A DNA stretch of 64,000 nt from an uncultured Bryobacterales bacterium (GTDB lineage: Bacteria; Acidobacteriota; Terriglobia; Bryobacterales; UBA6623). The notes under the pieces were generated by a model. The model saw only the letters and a program-made list of their open reading frames with translations. It was not told the origin of the DNA and made no database searches. Position numbers and translations under genes: made by a program. The DNA lies in NCBI GenBank assembly GCA_951813605.1, contig OX638379.1:3730062-3794061 (forward strand). Reading direction: 5' to 3'. Each line of letters starts with the position of its first letter. Position 1 is the stretch's first letter. Below are positions 40,138-49,499 of this stretch, one piece after another.

Positions 40138-40538
40138 GCCTCCATGCAATCGAAGCGCTGATCGGAGCGGCGGTTACGGTTCGGGAACGTGCCCACGCCC
40201 CGTACACCGGTTTCAAGGTCGGCGCGGCGATCCGGGACGAGTCCGGCGCGGTGCACTCTGCCGCGCATGTCGAGAAGGCACCCTACCCGATGTCCCAGTG
40301 CGCCGAAGCGAGCGCGATTGGCGCGATGATCGCGGCAGGCGGCCGCGAAATCCGTGAGATTCCCGTTGTTGGCGAAGGCGACGCTCTCGGCACCCCCTGC
40401 CGGGGCTGCCTGCAGCAGACCAGCGAATTCGCCGCGCCTTCGGCTTCCATCCATGTCGGCGGGCTGGAAGGCCATCGGAGGACGTTTGCCCTGTCCGATC
40501 TGCTTCCGGCCTCATTCGGTCCGGAGAATCTTGACTAA
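40134..40538 (+). CDS. cdd: cytidine deaminase (homotetrameric type)
   Basis: 134 aa. PYTGFKVGAAI. Zinc/catalytic motifs CAEASAIG and PCRGCLQ at the expected spacing. Confidence 0.88.
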   Translation: MSLHAIEALIGAAVTVRERAHAPYTGFKVGAAIRDESGAVHSAAHVEKAPYPMSQCAEASAIGAMIAAGGREIREIPVVGEGDALGTPCRGCLQQTSEFAAPSASIHVGGLEGHRRTFALSDLLPASFGPENLD

Positions 40539-40550
40539 CCGGTACACCAC

Positions 40551-41285
40551 ATGAATACTTCCCAAGGACCGCAAGTCCAGGCACGCAACATGGCCCTCCT
40601 TATCGACGGCGACAACGCCCAGCCATCGCTGGTCACCCAAGTGCTAGCCGAGACCGCGAGGTACGGAACGATAACGGTCCGGCGCATCTACGGCGATTGG
40701 ACCACGCCCCAGATGTCGGGATGGAAGAGCCAGCTGCACGCCCATGCCGTGCAGCCGGTGCAGCAGTTCCGGTACACGACCGGCAAGAACGCGACGGACA
40801 GCACATTGATCATCGACGCGATGGACTTGCTGCATTCCGGCATCGTCGGCGGGTTCTGCATCGCGTCGAGCGACAGCGACTACACGCGCCTCGCGACGAG
40901 AATCAGGGAGCAGGGACTCTTCGTGATGGGAGTCGGGATGAAGCAGACGCCCAAATCATTCGTCAATGCATGCGAGGTGTTCGTATACACGGAAAACCTC
41001 GCCGCGGAAGACAAGCCTGGCGCGGAGCAGAAGGAAGCGAAGGACGGAGGCGACTGGGCCCACACTGTTCGGAAGGCGATTGACACGGCGGCCCAGGATG
41101 ACGGCTGGGCGCCCTTGTCCGCTGTCGGCACGTATATCCGGCAGCTCGATCCGGCGTTCGATCCGCGCAGCTTCGGTCACAAGCAGCTTTCGTTGCTGAT
41201 CAAGTCGCGCCCCAAGGCCTTCAAAGCCAAGGCCTCCAAGACCAAGGAAGGCTCGTCGGAGATCCAAGTGAGGCTCGCGAGCTAG
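40551..41285 (+). CDS. NYN (LabA/DUF88-like) ribonuclease domain protein with C-terminal OST-HTH/LOTUS domain
   Basis: ALLIDGDNAQ...RRIYGDW...KNATDSTLIIDAMDLL...FCIASSDSDYTRLATRIREQG...VMGVG (NYN). C-terminal part WAPLSAVGTYIRQLDPAFDPRSFGHKQLSLLIKS (OST-HTH-like). Confidence 0.85.
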   Translation: MNTSQGPQVQARNMALLIDGDNAQPSLVTQVLAETARYGTITVRRIYGDWTTPQMSGWKSQLHAHAVQPVQQFRYTTGKNATDSTLIIDAMDLLHSGIVGGFCIASSDSDYTRLATRIREQGLFVMGVGMKQTPKSFVNACEVFVYTENLAAEDKPGAEQKEAKDGGDWAHTVRKAIDTAAQDDGWAPLSAVGTYIRQLDPAFDPRSFGHKQLSLLIKSRPKAFKAKASKTKEGSSEIQVRLAS

Positions 41286-41331
41286 CCCGGACGGCATACG
41301 GTGCCCGGGCCCGCGAAGCAGGCATGCAGGC

Positions 41332-42485
41332 CTACACGAGCTGCGTCCTGATCGGATTGCCCCGCTTCGCCAGCCGGACTGGCCGATTCGTTGGCGTGTG
41401 AGATTCCTTGTCCGGGTCGATTCCGAGGCGGTCGTAGATCGTGGCGGTCAGGTCTTCCACCGAGACAGGGTTGTCCCTCGGCTCGCCCCCGACCGCGTCG
41501 GAGGAACAGTAGGCCTGCCCACCTTGGATGCCCGCACCGGCGAGCGCCACGGAGAACACCTTGGGCCAGTGGTCACGACCTGCATTGGGATTGACTCTCG
41601 GCGTCCGGCCGACTTCGCCTGACACCACCACGAGCGTTGACGCCAGCAATCCCCGCTGATGCAGGTCCTCCATCAGCGTCGCGAACGCCGCGTCGAATCC
41701 GGAAGCAGGACTTTTTCGCTGCGATTGAAGTTTTCGGAGTGCGTGTCCCAGATCGCGCGGGCCGCGTTGATCGTCACGAAGCGCACGCCACCCTCGGCCA
41801 GCCTCCGAGCCAGCAGGCAGCCTTGGCCAATGGGCGTGCGGCCGTACCGGTTGGGCAGCAGCCCGGGTTCGCTGGCAATGTCAACCGCGTTCTTCACCGC
41901 TGGGGAACGGATGATGTTCTCGGCCTCTTGGAAGAATTGCTCGCGATCCGCGAAGAGGCCCTCGGTATCCCGCTCCCGGAACCGGGCGTCGAGCCTCTTG
42001 ACCAGCCCGCGACGGTCCGAGATCTCGCTCCAGTCCATGGCCAACGGAATCTCGACGTCATCGATCTGGAAGTCCGGGGAGCTTGGGTCGCTGCGCACCC
42101 AGAACGGCGAATAGGCGCTGCCCAGGAATCCGGGCCCCGCCCCGTGGTCCAGGGTGGCGTTGAGCACGTAGGGCGGTAAGCCGTTGCGAGGTCCCAGTTC
42201 CTTCGCGACCACCGCTCCGCGGCCGGGGAAGTGGACAAACTGGAGCGGCACGAAGCCCGTCATCAGGTAGTAGACGCCGGTGAAGTGGATTGCCGTGTCG
42301 CCATAGACCGAGCGCAGGACGGCGAACTTGTCGGCCTGCCGCGCTGTTTGCGGCAGGTGCTCGCAGATTCGGATACCGGAAACATTCGTCGGAATTGGCT
42401 TGAACGAGCCAGCCACGTCCGAGGGAGCCTCCGGCTTCATGTCGAATGTTTCGTACTGGGGCGGGCCGCCGTCCAGGACGAGCAT
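41332..42485 (-). pseudogene. DUF1501 family gene, frameshifted and 5'-truncated
   Basis: Two consecutive ORFs (41673..42485 and 41332..41673) together match DUF1501: LDGGPPQYETFDMKP...LLARRLAEGGVRFVTI...WDTHSENF... / ...MEDLHQRGLLASTLVVVSGEVGRTP...GRDHWP. Restoring one base in cgtcGAAtcc (41691-41699) would give LLPDFDAAFATLMEDL. The usual Tat signal and the first ~45 codons are missing; AT-richer unrelated DNA starts at 42486. Confidence 0.75.
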
Positions 42486-42656
42486 GATGCAGGCTTATTT
42501 GTATCCGTCTACCACAAACCCTAGAACTCTTTGCCCAATTCGCACAACCTTCTGCTAAACTTAGATGGCATTGATTCGGCCCACTTGTGGTATGGGGTAC
42601 CGCATGGGCTCCCAGTTTTAGTTTTTTGATTCCTTACAGGGGGAACACCTTAAAAG

Positions 42657-45600
42657 ATGAGAACACTGAAAGCTCTGGCAGCGGCACTGTCCCTGGCAGC
42701 GCTCTTCTCGGGCGCGCTGAGCGCTCAAACTGCCACCGGCCAGATCAACGGCACAGTCAGCGACACAAGTGGTGCTGTCGTACCTGGTGCCGGAGTTACC
42801 GTCACCAACGAGGAGACGGGCCTCACTCGCGAGACCTCAACGAACGAAAGCGGCGACTACACTTTCCCGTTCCTGCCCGTCGGACTCTACACGTTGCAAG
42901 CCAATTCCGAGGGTTTCCAACAGGCGCGGAGGACGGGCGCCCGTCTAAACGTCAACCAGACCTTGCGCATCAACTTCGACATGGTAATCGGGGAGGTCAC
43001 CGAGACGATCGAGGTGGCTGCGGTTGCAGCGGCAATCGACACCGAAACCGCGTCGGTCGGCCACACGGTCAGCCAGCGGCAAGTCACGCAGCTTCCGCTG
43101 AACGGCCGCAGCTTCCTGCAACTTCTGTTCCTCGGCAACGGCGCCGTCGAGACGAACGGCGAGCAGGGCAGCATGCGTCGCGACGCCGGCGGTGCGATCA
43201 GCATCAACGGCGCCCGCCCGACCTCCAACAACTACCTGCTGGACGGCACCTCGAATACGGACACCGCACTCGGCACGCCTGCAGCGATCCTCTCGATCGA
43301 CGCCATTCAGGAATTCAAGGAGCAGACTGCGACCTATTCGGCCGAGTACGGCTTCAGCGCGAACCAGATCAACATCGTGAGCAAGACCGGTACCAACGAA
43401 CTGCACGGCGCATTGTTCCACTTCTTGCGCAACGACGCTCTCGACGCCAGCACCTTCTTCAACAACTTGTCGGGCACGCCGAAGAACCCGCTCCGCCAGA
43501 ACCAGTTCGGGTTCGTGGCTGGCGGTGCTGCCATAAAGAACAAGACCTTCTGGCTGGCCAATTTCGAGGGACGGCGCACCCGGAGGGCTTCGCTCTCGTT
43601 CCTGAACGTTCCGACCCGCGACCAGCTAGAAGGCATTTTCACCGGCTACGAAGGGCCTAACCGGGCTGCGAACCCACTGCCGGTGCTGGACCCCCTGAGC
43701 GGTCGTGTCGGCGCCCCGACCGTGCCGTTTCCCGACAATCGAGTGCCCAAGAGCCGCAATTCGAGACTGGCCACCCTCGCGGTCTCGAAGTTCATCCCGG
43801 CCCCGAACTCGACCTCCGACCGGGGCAACTACCTCCGGCAGCGATCAATTCCGACCGATGTCGATCAGTACACGATCCGGGCAGACCAGAATCTCGGCAA
43901 ATGGGGCAACCTCTTCGGGCGCTTCACGAACTCGGACTACACAGCCATCAGCCTCGGCAACACGACCGAGCTCGGCGACGTGTTTTTCGTGCAGGAAACG
44001 GAAAACTGGCAGATCTCGCACACCGCCCCGATCGGAGCCACCTTCGTCAACGAGTCCCGATTCGGCTACGTCCGGGCACTGGCAAACCAGCACGGAGCCA
44101 CTGCCGACCAAGCGGATATCGACGCCTTGGCCATTTCCGGGGTGTTCGCGAATCTCGAAGACGACCAGCGCTCGTATCCCGGGGTCGGTTTCGGCGGCAA
44201 CGGCGCCGGCTTGTCGGGAGGCGGCAGCGCGGTCAACGATTACCAGACCAGCAATCAGCCCATGTGGGACATCTCGAACGGTTCCACTTGGATTCGAGGC
44301 GACCATACGTTCAAATTCGGTGCCAACTTCCGGCAGTGGTCGCTCCAGCGCGATCTCGCGAACGACTTTCTCGGCCAGTTCACCTTCCGGGGATTCTTCA
44401 CGGGGGATGCGAACTGGGACCACGCGGTGGCGGACATGCTGCTGGGGTACTACAGCAATTCCAGCGTGTTCCAGCCGGGCGGATTTGCGGTTGGCGACCA
44501 GGCCGGCAACCCGCGCGACTTCAATTTCTGGTACTTTGCCCCCTACTTTCAGGACGACTGGAAGGTCACTTCCCGCCTGACACTAAACATGGGGCTGCGG
44601 TATGACTTTCGCACAATTCCCAACGAGACCAACGACCGGATGGGCTGGCGGGACACGTCGAATCCTGCAGGCGGAATGCTGGTGGCGGACCAGAAGCTAG
44701 TCGATGAAGGCATTGTCGGTGACCAGACCTACTACCGCTTCGCCGGCCGCCGGAATCCGTACGACGCCTCGAAACGCGTTTTGGCGCCGCGCTTCGGCTT
44801 CGCCTTCCGGCCGTTCGACGACGAGAAGACAGTGGTCCGGGGGGGCTTCGGCGTCTTCTTCGACTCGGCCGAGGGCCGAGAGATCGACGGAGCGTCGGAC
44901 ATCTATCCGTACGTCAGCCGGGGCCTGTACCAGCAGACGGTCGGAGGAGGCGAAGGTCCTGGTAACACGCTGCGCTCGACCGACAACATGTTCCCGCCGA
45001 TTCTCGTCGGAGATCCGGCAAGCCCGGCGTTCAACACCTTCCTGGCCGTCAGCATGTCTCCAGAACCGCGCAACCCGTACGTGACGCAATGGACTTTCGG
45101 CATCCAGCGCGCCCTTGACGAGACGACCACGATTGATTTCAGCTATGTCGGCACCAAGGGGACGCACCTGCTGATGCGGCGCAACATCGCGCAGGCCCTG
45201 CAGATGCAGGATCCAGCGTTCTGCGGTATGCCGGGCAACGAAGGCTTGCGGGACTGCGGGGTCGCAGCGCGCAAGCCGCATCCGAACTTCGGCGTGTACA
45301 TCGATAGCGACTGGAGCGGCGTATCGAGCTACAACGCATTCAACTTCAAGTTCGAGAAGCGCACCAGCACGATGATCTTCACGTCGGCCTATACCTGGTC
45401 CAAGAGCCTGGACACGAAGTCAGCCGCCGCGGGCATCGGCAACGGGGGCGCGGTTGCCGGATGGCAGGGATTCCTGGACAACCACGACTTCCGGCGTGAC
45501 TACGGCCTGTCGGACTTCAACGTGGACCACCGGCTGGTCACCAGCTTCGTGTACGAGCTGCCGCTCGGTCGCGGCAAGCGATACCTGTCCGACCTCCCCT

Positions 45601-46064
45601 CTGTCGCGAATCACGTGCTCGGCGGCTGGCAGATCAACGGCATCGTCACCTTCCAGGACGGCTTCCCGATGACGATTCAGGCCGCCGACCTCGGGGGTCT
45701 GAACGACACCTTCGGCACCAATCGAGCGAACGTCGTGGGCGATCACGAAATCTCAGCTTCGCAGCGCACGATCGATCGATGGTTCAACACGGACGCCTTC
45801 GAGCAGCCGGGGCGCGGCATTCTCGGCAACTCCGGCAGAAGCATAATGCAAGGCCCGGGCATCAACAACTTCGATACCGGACTGTTCAAGAACTTCTACA
45901 TCACGGAGAGGCTCAGCGTCCAGCTGCGCTTCGAGTCGTTCAATGCCTTCAACCACACGCAATGGGCCGTTCCGAACCGGAACAGGGCAAGTGGGAACTT
46001 TGGCCGGATTTCGGGGACGCGCCCCGCGCGGATCAACCAAATGGGCCTCAAGGTCGTCTGGTAG
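42657..46064 (+). CDS. TonB-dependent receptor, Oar-like
   Basis: MRTLKALAAALSLAALFSGALSAQT. NGTVSDTSGAVVPGAGVTVTNEETGLTR...YTFPFLPVGLYTLQANSEGF. Plug QLPLNGRSFLQLLFLGNG. C-terminus ...MGLKVVW. Confidence 0.9.
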   Translation: MRTLKALAAALSLAALFSGALSAQTATGQINGTVSDTSGAVVPGAGVTVTNEETGLTRETSTNESGDYTFPFLPVGLYTLQANSEGFQQARRTGARLNVNQTLRINFDMVIGEVTETIEVAAVAAAIDTETASVGHTVSQRQVTQLPLNGRSFLQLLFLGNGAVETNGEQGSMRRDAGGAISINGARPTSNNYLLDGTSNTDTALGTPAAILSIDAIQEFKEQTATYSAEYGFSANQINIVSKTGTNELHGALFHFLRNDALDASTFFNNLSGTPKNPLRQNQFGFVAGGAAIKNKTFWLANFEGRRTRRASLSFLNVPTRDQLEGIFTGYEGPNRAANPLPVLDPLSGRVGAPTVPFPDNRVPKSRNSRLATLAVSKFIPAPNSTSDRGNYLRQRSIPTDVDQYTIRADQNLGKWGNLFGRFTNSDYTAISLGNTTELGDVFFVQETENWQISHTAPIGATFVNESRFGYVRALANQHGATADQADIDALAISGVFANLEDDQRSYPGVGFGGNGAGLSGGGSAVNDYQTSNQPMWDISNGSTWIRGDHTFKFGANFRQWSLQRDLANDFLGQFTFRGFFTGDANWDHAVADMLLGYYSNSSVFQPGGFAVGDQAGNPRDFNFWYFAPYFQDDWKVTSRLTLNMGLRYDFRTIPNETNDRMGWRDTSNPAGGMLVADQKLVDEGIVGDQTYYRFAGRRNPYDASKRVLAPRFGFAFRPFDDEKTVVRGGFGVFFDSAEGREIDGASDIYPYVSRGLYQQTVGGGEGPGNTLRSTDNMFPPILVGDPASPAFNTFLAVSMSPEPRNPYVTQWTFGIQRALDETTTIDFSYVGTKGTHLLMRRNIAQALQMQDPAFCGMPGNEGLRDCGVAARKPHPNFGVYIDSDWSGVSSYNAFNFKFEKRTSTMIFTSAYTWSKSLDTKSAAAGIGNGGAVAGWQGFLDNHDFRRDYGLSDFNVDHRLVTSFVYELPLGRGKRYLSDLPSVANHVLGGWQINGIVTFQDGFPMTIQAADLGGLNDTFGTNRANVVGDHEISASQRTIDRWFNTDAFEQPGRGILGNSGRSIMQGPGINNFDTGLFKNFYITERLSVQLRFESFNAFNHTQWAVPNRNRASGNFGRISGTRPARINQMGLKVVW

Positions 46065-46124
46065 ATTCCAAGTGGCCGCAGGCCCGCTGTGACCCGCGCG
46101 GCGGGCCTGCCCGATTGCGGGCAC

Positions 46125-47387
46125 ATGCTTCACTTGGAAGCGGCATTGATGGATCCCCCCTTCCGGGATTGCCTGGATCGCTTGCTAGATCACTTCCGGC
46201 GCTCGCTGCGCGTAGCCGGTTTCGCCGGGCTTTGGTTACTTTCGCCCCTCGCGGCTCAGACCGAACCGCAGTCACCGAGCGAGCTACTTCAAGCGCATTT
46301 CACAGAGGGCCAGAAGGCCATCATCGAGAACCGTTACGCGGATGCATCCAAAGCCTTGGAAAAGGCATTGGAGCTGGGCACAGAGATTCCGGAACTGCAC
46401 GCCAGCCTGGGATTCAGCTACTTCCAGCAAGGCCGGTTCGTCGAAGCGGCTCCCGTTCTGGAGCGAGCGGTGGCGCTAAAGCCCGGGATGCCGAACGTCG
46501 CCCTTCTGTTGGCCGCCACACGCAGCGAACTAGGGCGCTTCCGGGAAGCCGTGCCGGAACTGGAACGGGCCTTTGCCTCCGTCAACGATCCGGCGCTGCA
46601 ACGGCTGGCCGGGCTTCAGCTACAGCGGTCATTCAGCGGACTGGCGCGCGATCGCGAGGCGGTCGAAATCGCGCTGAAGATGACACAACTCCATCCTCAG
46701 GATCCGGAAGTGCTTTATCACGCTGGGCGCCTGCTGGGCCACATGGCCTTCGTCACAGTCAGCCAGTTGTCCAAGGCAGCACCCGATTCGGTCTGGACGA
46801 AGCAGGCCGCGGGGGAAGCTTACGAGAGTGACGGACAGTATGAGCGGGCGGCCGCCGAGTATCGCAAGGCGCTGGAGATCAGCCCCGGGCAGCGGGGCAT
46901 CCATTACAGGCTGGGGCGGACAGTGCTGCGAGGTTCCCAGGAACCCGATGCGGTCGAACTGGCAATGAAGGAGTTCGAACTCGAGCTGCGCGCGGACCCG
47001 ACGAACGCGAATGCAGCATACGAACTTGGGGAGATCTACCGCAGGAGCGGCGAGCTGGAAAAGGCCCGCGCGCTTTTCGAGCAGGCGGTAGAGTCCTATC
47101 CCGGGTTCGAGCAGGCGCAGATTGCATTGGGGGGCGTACTGACCAGTCTCGGGCAACCAGAATTGGCACTGGCTCACCTGCGTACAGCCATTTTGATCAA
47201 CTCACAGAACGAGGTGTCGCACTACCGCCTCGCCCAGGCTCATCGGGCATTGGGCCGGGCCGACGAGATGCGCAGGGCATTGGACACGTACCGGAAGCTC
47301 CGCTCAACGCAAGCGCAGCGGGTCGCGGCAGGTGCCTCTAACGAGCCCGTAACTGCTCAGCAGGCAGCCCCGGAATCCGGCCCCTAG
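46125..47387 (+). CDS. secreted TPR-repeat protein
   Basis: Signal ...RRSLRVAGFAGLWLLSPLAAQ, followed by TPR units (e.g. AYELGEIYRRSGELEKARALFEQAVESYPGFEQAQIALG). The start is ambiguous (GTG 46089, ATG 46125 or ATG 46149). It follows the TBDR stop by 25-85 nt. Confidence 0.8.
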   Translation: MLHLEAALMDPPFRDCLDRLLDHFRRSLRVAGFAGLWLLSPLAAQTEPQSPSELLQAHFTEGQKAIIENRYADASKALEKALELGTEIPELHASLGFSYFQQGRFVEAAPVLERAVALKPGMPNVALLLAATRSELGRFREAVPELERAFASVNDPALQRLAGLQLQRSFSGLARDREAVEIALKMTQLHPQDPEVLYHAGRLLGHMAFVTVSQLSKAAPDSVWTKQAAGEAYESDGQYERAAAEYRKALEISPGQRGIHYRLGRTVLRGSQEPDAVELAMKEFELELRADPTNANAAYELGEIYRRSGELEKARALFEQAVESYPGFEQAQIALGGVLTSLGQPELALAHLRTAILINSQNEVSHYRLAQAHRALGRADEMRRALDTYRKLRSTQAQRVAAGASNEPVTAQQAAPESGP

Positions 47388-47487
47388 GCCCGAGGAGCAG
47401 GTTTCTTTCCGGCTCATCGAAGCTGCGACTTCGTGGCAGGACCGGGAGGTGTGGCCGCGATCTTGACCCGCTCGCCCCTTTCTACAA

Positions 47488-47967
47488 TTGAAAACAGTGC
47501 GCGACAGGTTGTTTAAAGGCTTTGTCGTCCCCGCGCTCTCGTGCGCGACTCACGTACCGGAGCGAATCGATTTCGCCCGCGATATCGAACCGGTCTTCCG
47601 CGAGCGCTGCTACGTCTGTCACGGAGAGCGCGAGAGCAACGGGAACTTATGGCTCGGTTCCCGCGAGATCCCTCTCGACAAGAGCCCGAGCGGATACCGA
47701 AGAGTGGCAGACATCGGGCCCGGAGAGCGCATGCCCGAGGGAGGGAAACTCCACCCGGATGAAGTTGCGCCGATCCGTCGCTGGATCGAAGAGGGAGCGG
47801 CTTGGCCCGAACAAGGCGGCACGCTGCCAAGCCTACCGTCGGACTGGGCCTCCTCGCCCCCCGAGCGATCCCGGCCGCCTGCAGTCAGCCGCGCGACGAA
47901 GTTGTGTCAAGAGAATTCTGCAAATTCGGTCTTGGTTTTCGTGATTAAGGGGGCTTCAGCATCGTAG
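47488..47967 (+). pseudogene. stub of a PSCyt1-DUF1549-DUF1553 type gene (only ~150 codons)
   Basis: IDFARDIEPVFRERCYVCHGERESNGNLWLGS...GERMPEGGKLHPDEVAPIRRWIEEGAAWP is an intact planctomycete cytochrome-c-like domain. DWASSPPERSRPPAV resembles the start of DUF1549. The frame then ends, although proteins of this family are normally around 800-1000 aa. No clear signal peptide. Confidence 0.65.
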
Positions 47968-48158
47968 CGACGGGGGTTTGCTTGGCGTAGAGCCGTGGTC
48001 GCGGCTGGAGAGCCGCCGGCGGAGGGGTGCCCGGCTCCGTCTGCAGGCAGGCGATGCCGGCCCGGGAGGGCCTCCCAAGGTGTCCCGCGGGCTCCGGCCA
48101 CAGTCCTTCCGGCGGGCCTTGGCGGACCGCGTCGGGAGGATTCGTCGGGGATGCTTGG

Positions 48159-48184
48159 AAACGCCCGGCGGGGCGGGCCGGGCG
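48159..48184 (-). terminator. candidate intrinsic terminator (minus strand)
   Basis: Read on the minus strand: CGCCCGGC-CCGCCCC-GCCGGGCG (8-bp GC stem, 7-nt loop) followed by UUU. It begins 3 nt after the TGA of ORF 48188..48376. The U tract is short. Confidence 0.35.
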
Positions 48185-48282
48185 CGCTCAGGCCGCCTGG
48201 CGCAGGGCCTGCTTGCGGTGCTCCCGCCAGTACTCCATGATGAGGTAGCGGCTGTCTGGAGTTACTCGGCTTTGGTGGACAG

Positions 48283-48345
48283 TTAAGGCTGCGGCAGAAT
48301 CGCTTGCAACGACGCGCTCGCTGTCGTACCCTTCTTGTTGGCCAT
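48283..48345 (-). CDS. possible 20-codon micro-ORF with canonical Shine-Dalgarno
   Basis: AAGGAGG (complement of 48352-48358), 6-nt spacer, then ATG 48345. Peptide MANKKGTTASASLQAILPQP, stop TAA 48283. It overlaps, in another frame, the tracked 62-aa ORF 48188..48376, which lacks an SD. Neither is recognisable. Confidence 0.2.
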   Translation of the reverse strand: MANKKGTTASASLQAILPQP

Positions 48346-48442
48346 TGTCTGCCTCCTTTCTGGCTTCAAGCATCAAGGATCATCGGCGGACGATGGCCTC
48401 TCCCACCTCGGCCGGCTTTTTGCAGAACTATTTGTACGCAAC

Positions 48443-48726
48443 CTTTCCTCTTGTTGCCTTGAAACCTCGGCCTCGGAGGCCATGCACAGCCATTTACATG
48501 GTTCCAGTTGGAGGCGGGCGAGCAAGCGCCGGACAGGTGGGAGAATGGGATAAGGCCTTTCGCGCGGCGCTTCCTGGATTCCGCGGCGGTCGACGCAATA
48601 CCGGGCAAGGGGCGCAGCCGGAGCGGGAGCTAGCGTCGCACCACGGCGAATCCGACGGGGAGGGTTCAAACATAGAGCCCCTTTAAGGCAGCTGGCCTCA
48701 CAGAGAATCACCGGTGGAATCACCCC
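48443..48726. repeat. 284-nt non-coding unit, copy B
   Basis: See 39413..39696. It ends 32 nt upstream of the SLT start codon. Confidence 0.85.
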
Positions 48727-48758
48727 GGCCAAGCGGTATCCAAACAGATACTGTGGTA

Positions 48759-49499
48759 ATGTTTTATTTAGTGCGGGCTGCAGCGACGCTGGGGCTGTTA
48801 CTCGCCTCTGACCTAATGGGGGCTGAATCGGCGATCCTCGCGGACTCGCGCAACGAGGCGCATTCGCTCTCGGAACGCTCTGGAAAGAACGAGTCCGCCG
48901 CAAAGCAAGGGGGGGTTGTGTTCAGGCGGGACGACCTCCACAGATCATCTTCCCAGGCAGTCGCCTGGACACGCCGCTCAGCCATCGAGGAGGGCGAACT
49001 CGAGCGCTTGGTCCCAGCAATTGGAGCGTGCCGTGGGGTCGACCCGAAGCTGCTCCGAGTGATAATCCAGCGGGAAAGCAGCGGCAACCCGTTCGCCGTC
49101 TCAGCGAAGAACACGTTGGGCTTGATGCAGTTGCATCCCTCGACGGCGAAGCGATTCGGGGGCCGGGATCCATTCGATCCAGTACAGAACCTCGAGGCCG
49201 GCACCGACTACCTGCGATTCCTGCTGGACCACTGTGGAAATCGCCTGTCCGCAGCCTTGGCGGCCAATAACGCTGGAGAGGCGACCGTTGATCGGCATAG
49301 CGGCATCCCGCCGAATGCCGAAACGCGCAGATTTGTCTCTCAAGTTCTGGAAACGTGCCAAGATCGGGGCGGGCAGGTGGCACCAGACGACCCGCTGCAG
49401 CCGAGCGCCCCGGTGCATTCGATGGGCGCTGACGAAGGGTGTGTCCCCGTCGGTCTGCGGGACCGCCGGCAGGCGGGGCAGGAGCGGCGGCATGAATAG
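48759..49499 (+). CDS. lytic transglycosylase (SLT domain)
   Basis: Signal MFYLVRAAATLGLLLASDLMGAES. Catalytic region LLRVIIQRESSGNPFAVSAKNTLGLMQL...NLEAGTDYLRFLL...ALAANNAGEATV. Start at ATG 48759. Confidence 0.85.
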   Translation: MFYLVRAAATLGLLLASDLMGAESAILADSRNEAHSLSERSGKNESAAKQGGVVFRRDDLHRSSSQAVAWTRRSAIEEGELERLVPAIGACRGVDPKLLRVIIQRESSGNPFAVSAKNTLGLMQLHPSTAKRFGGRDPFDPVQNLEAGTDYLRFLLDHCGNRLSAALAANNAGEATVDRHSGIPPNAETRRFVSQVLETCQDRGGQVAPDDPLQPSAPVHSMGADEGCVPVGLRDRRQAGQERRHE

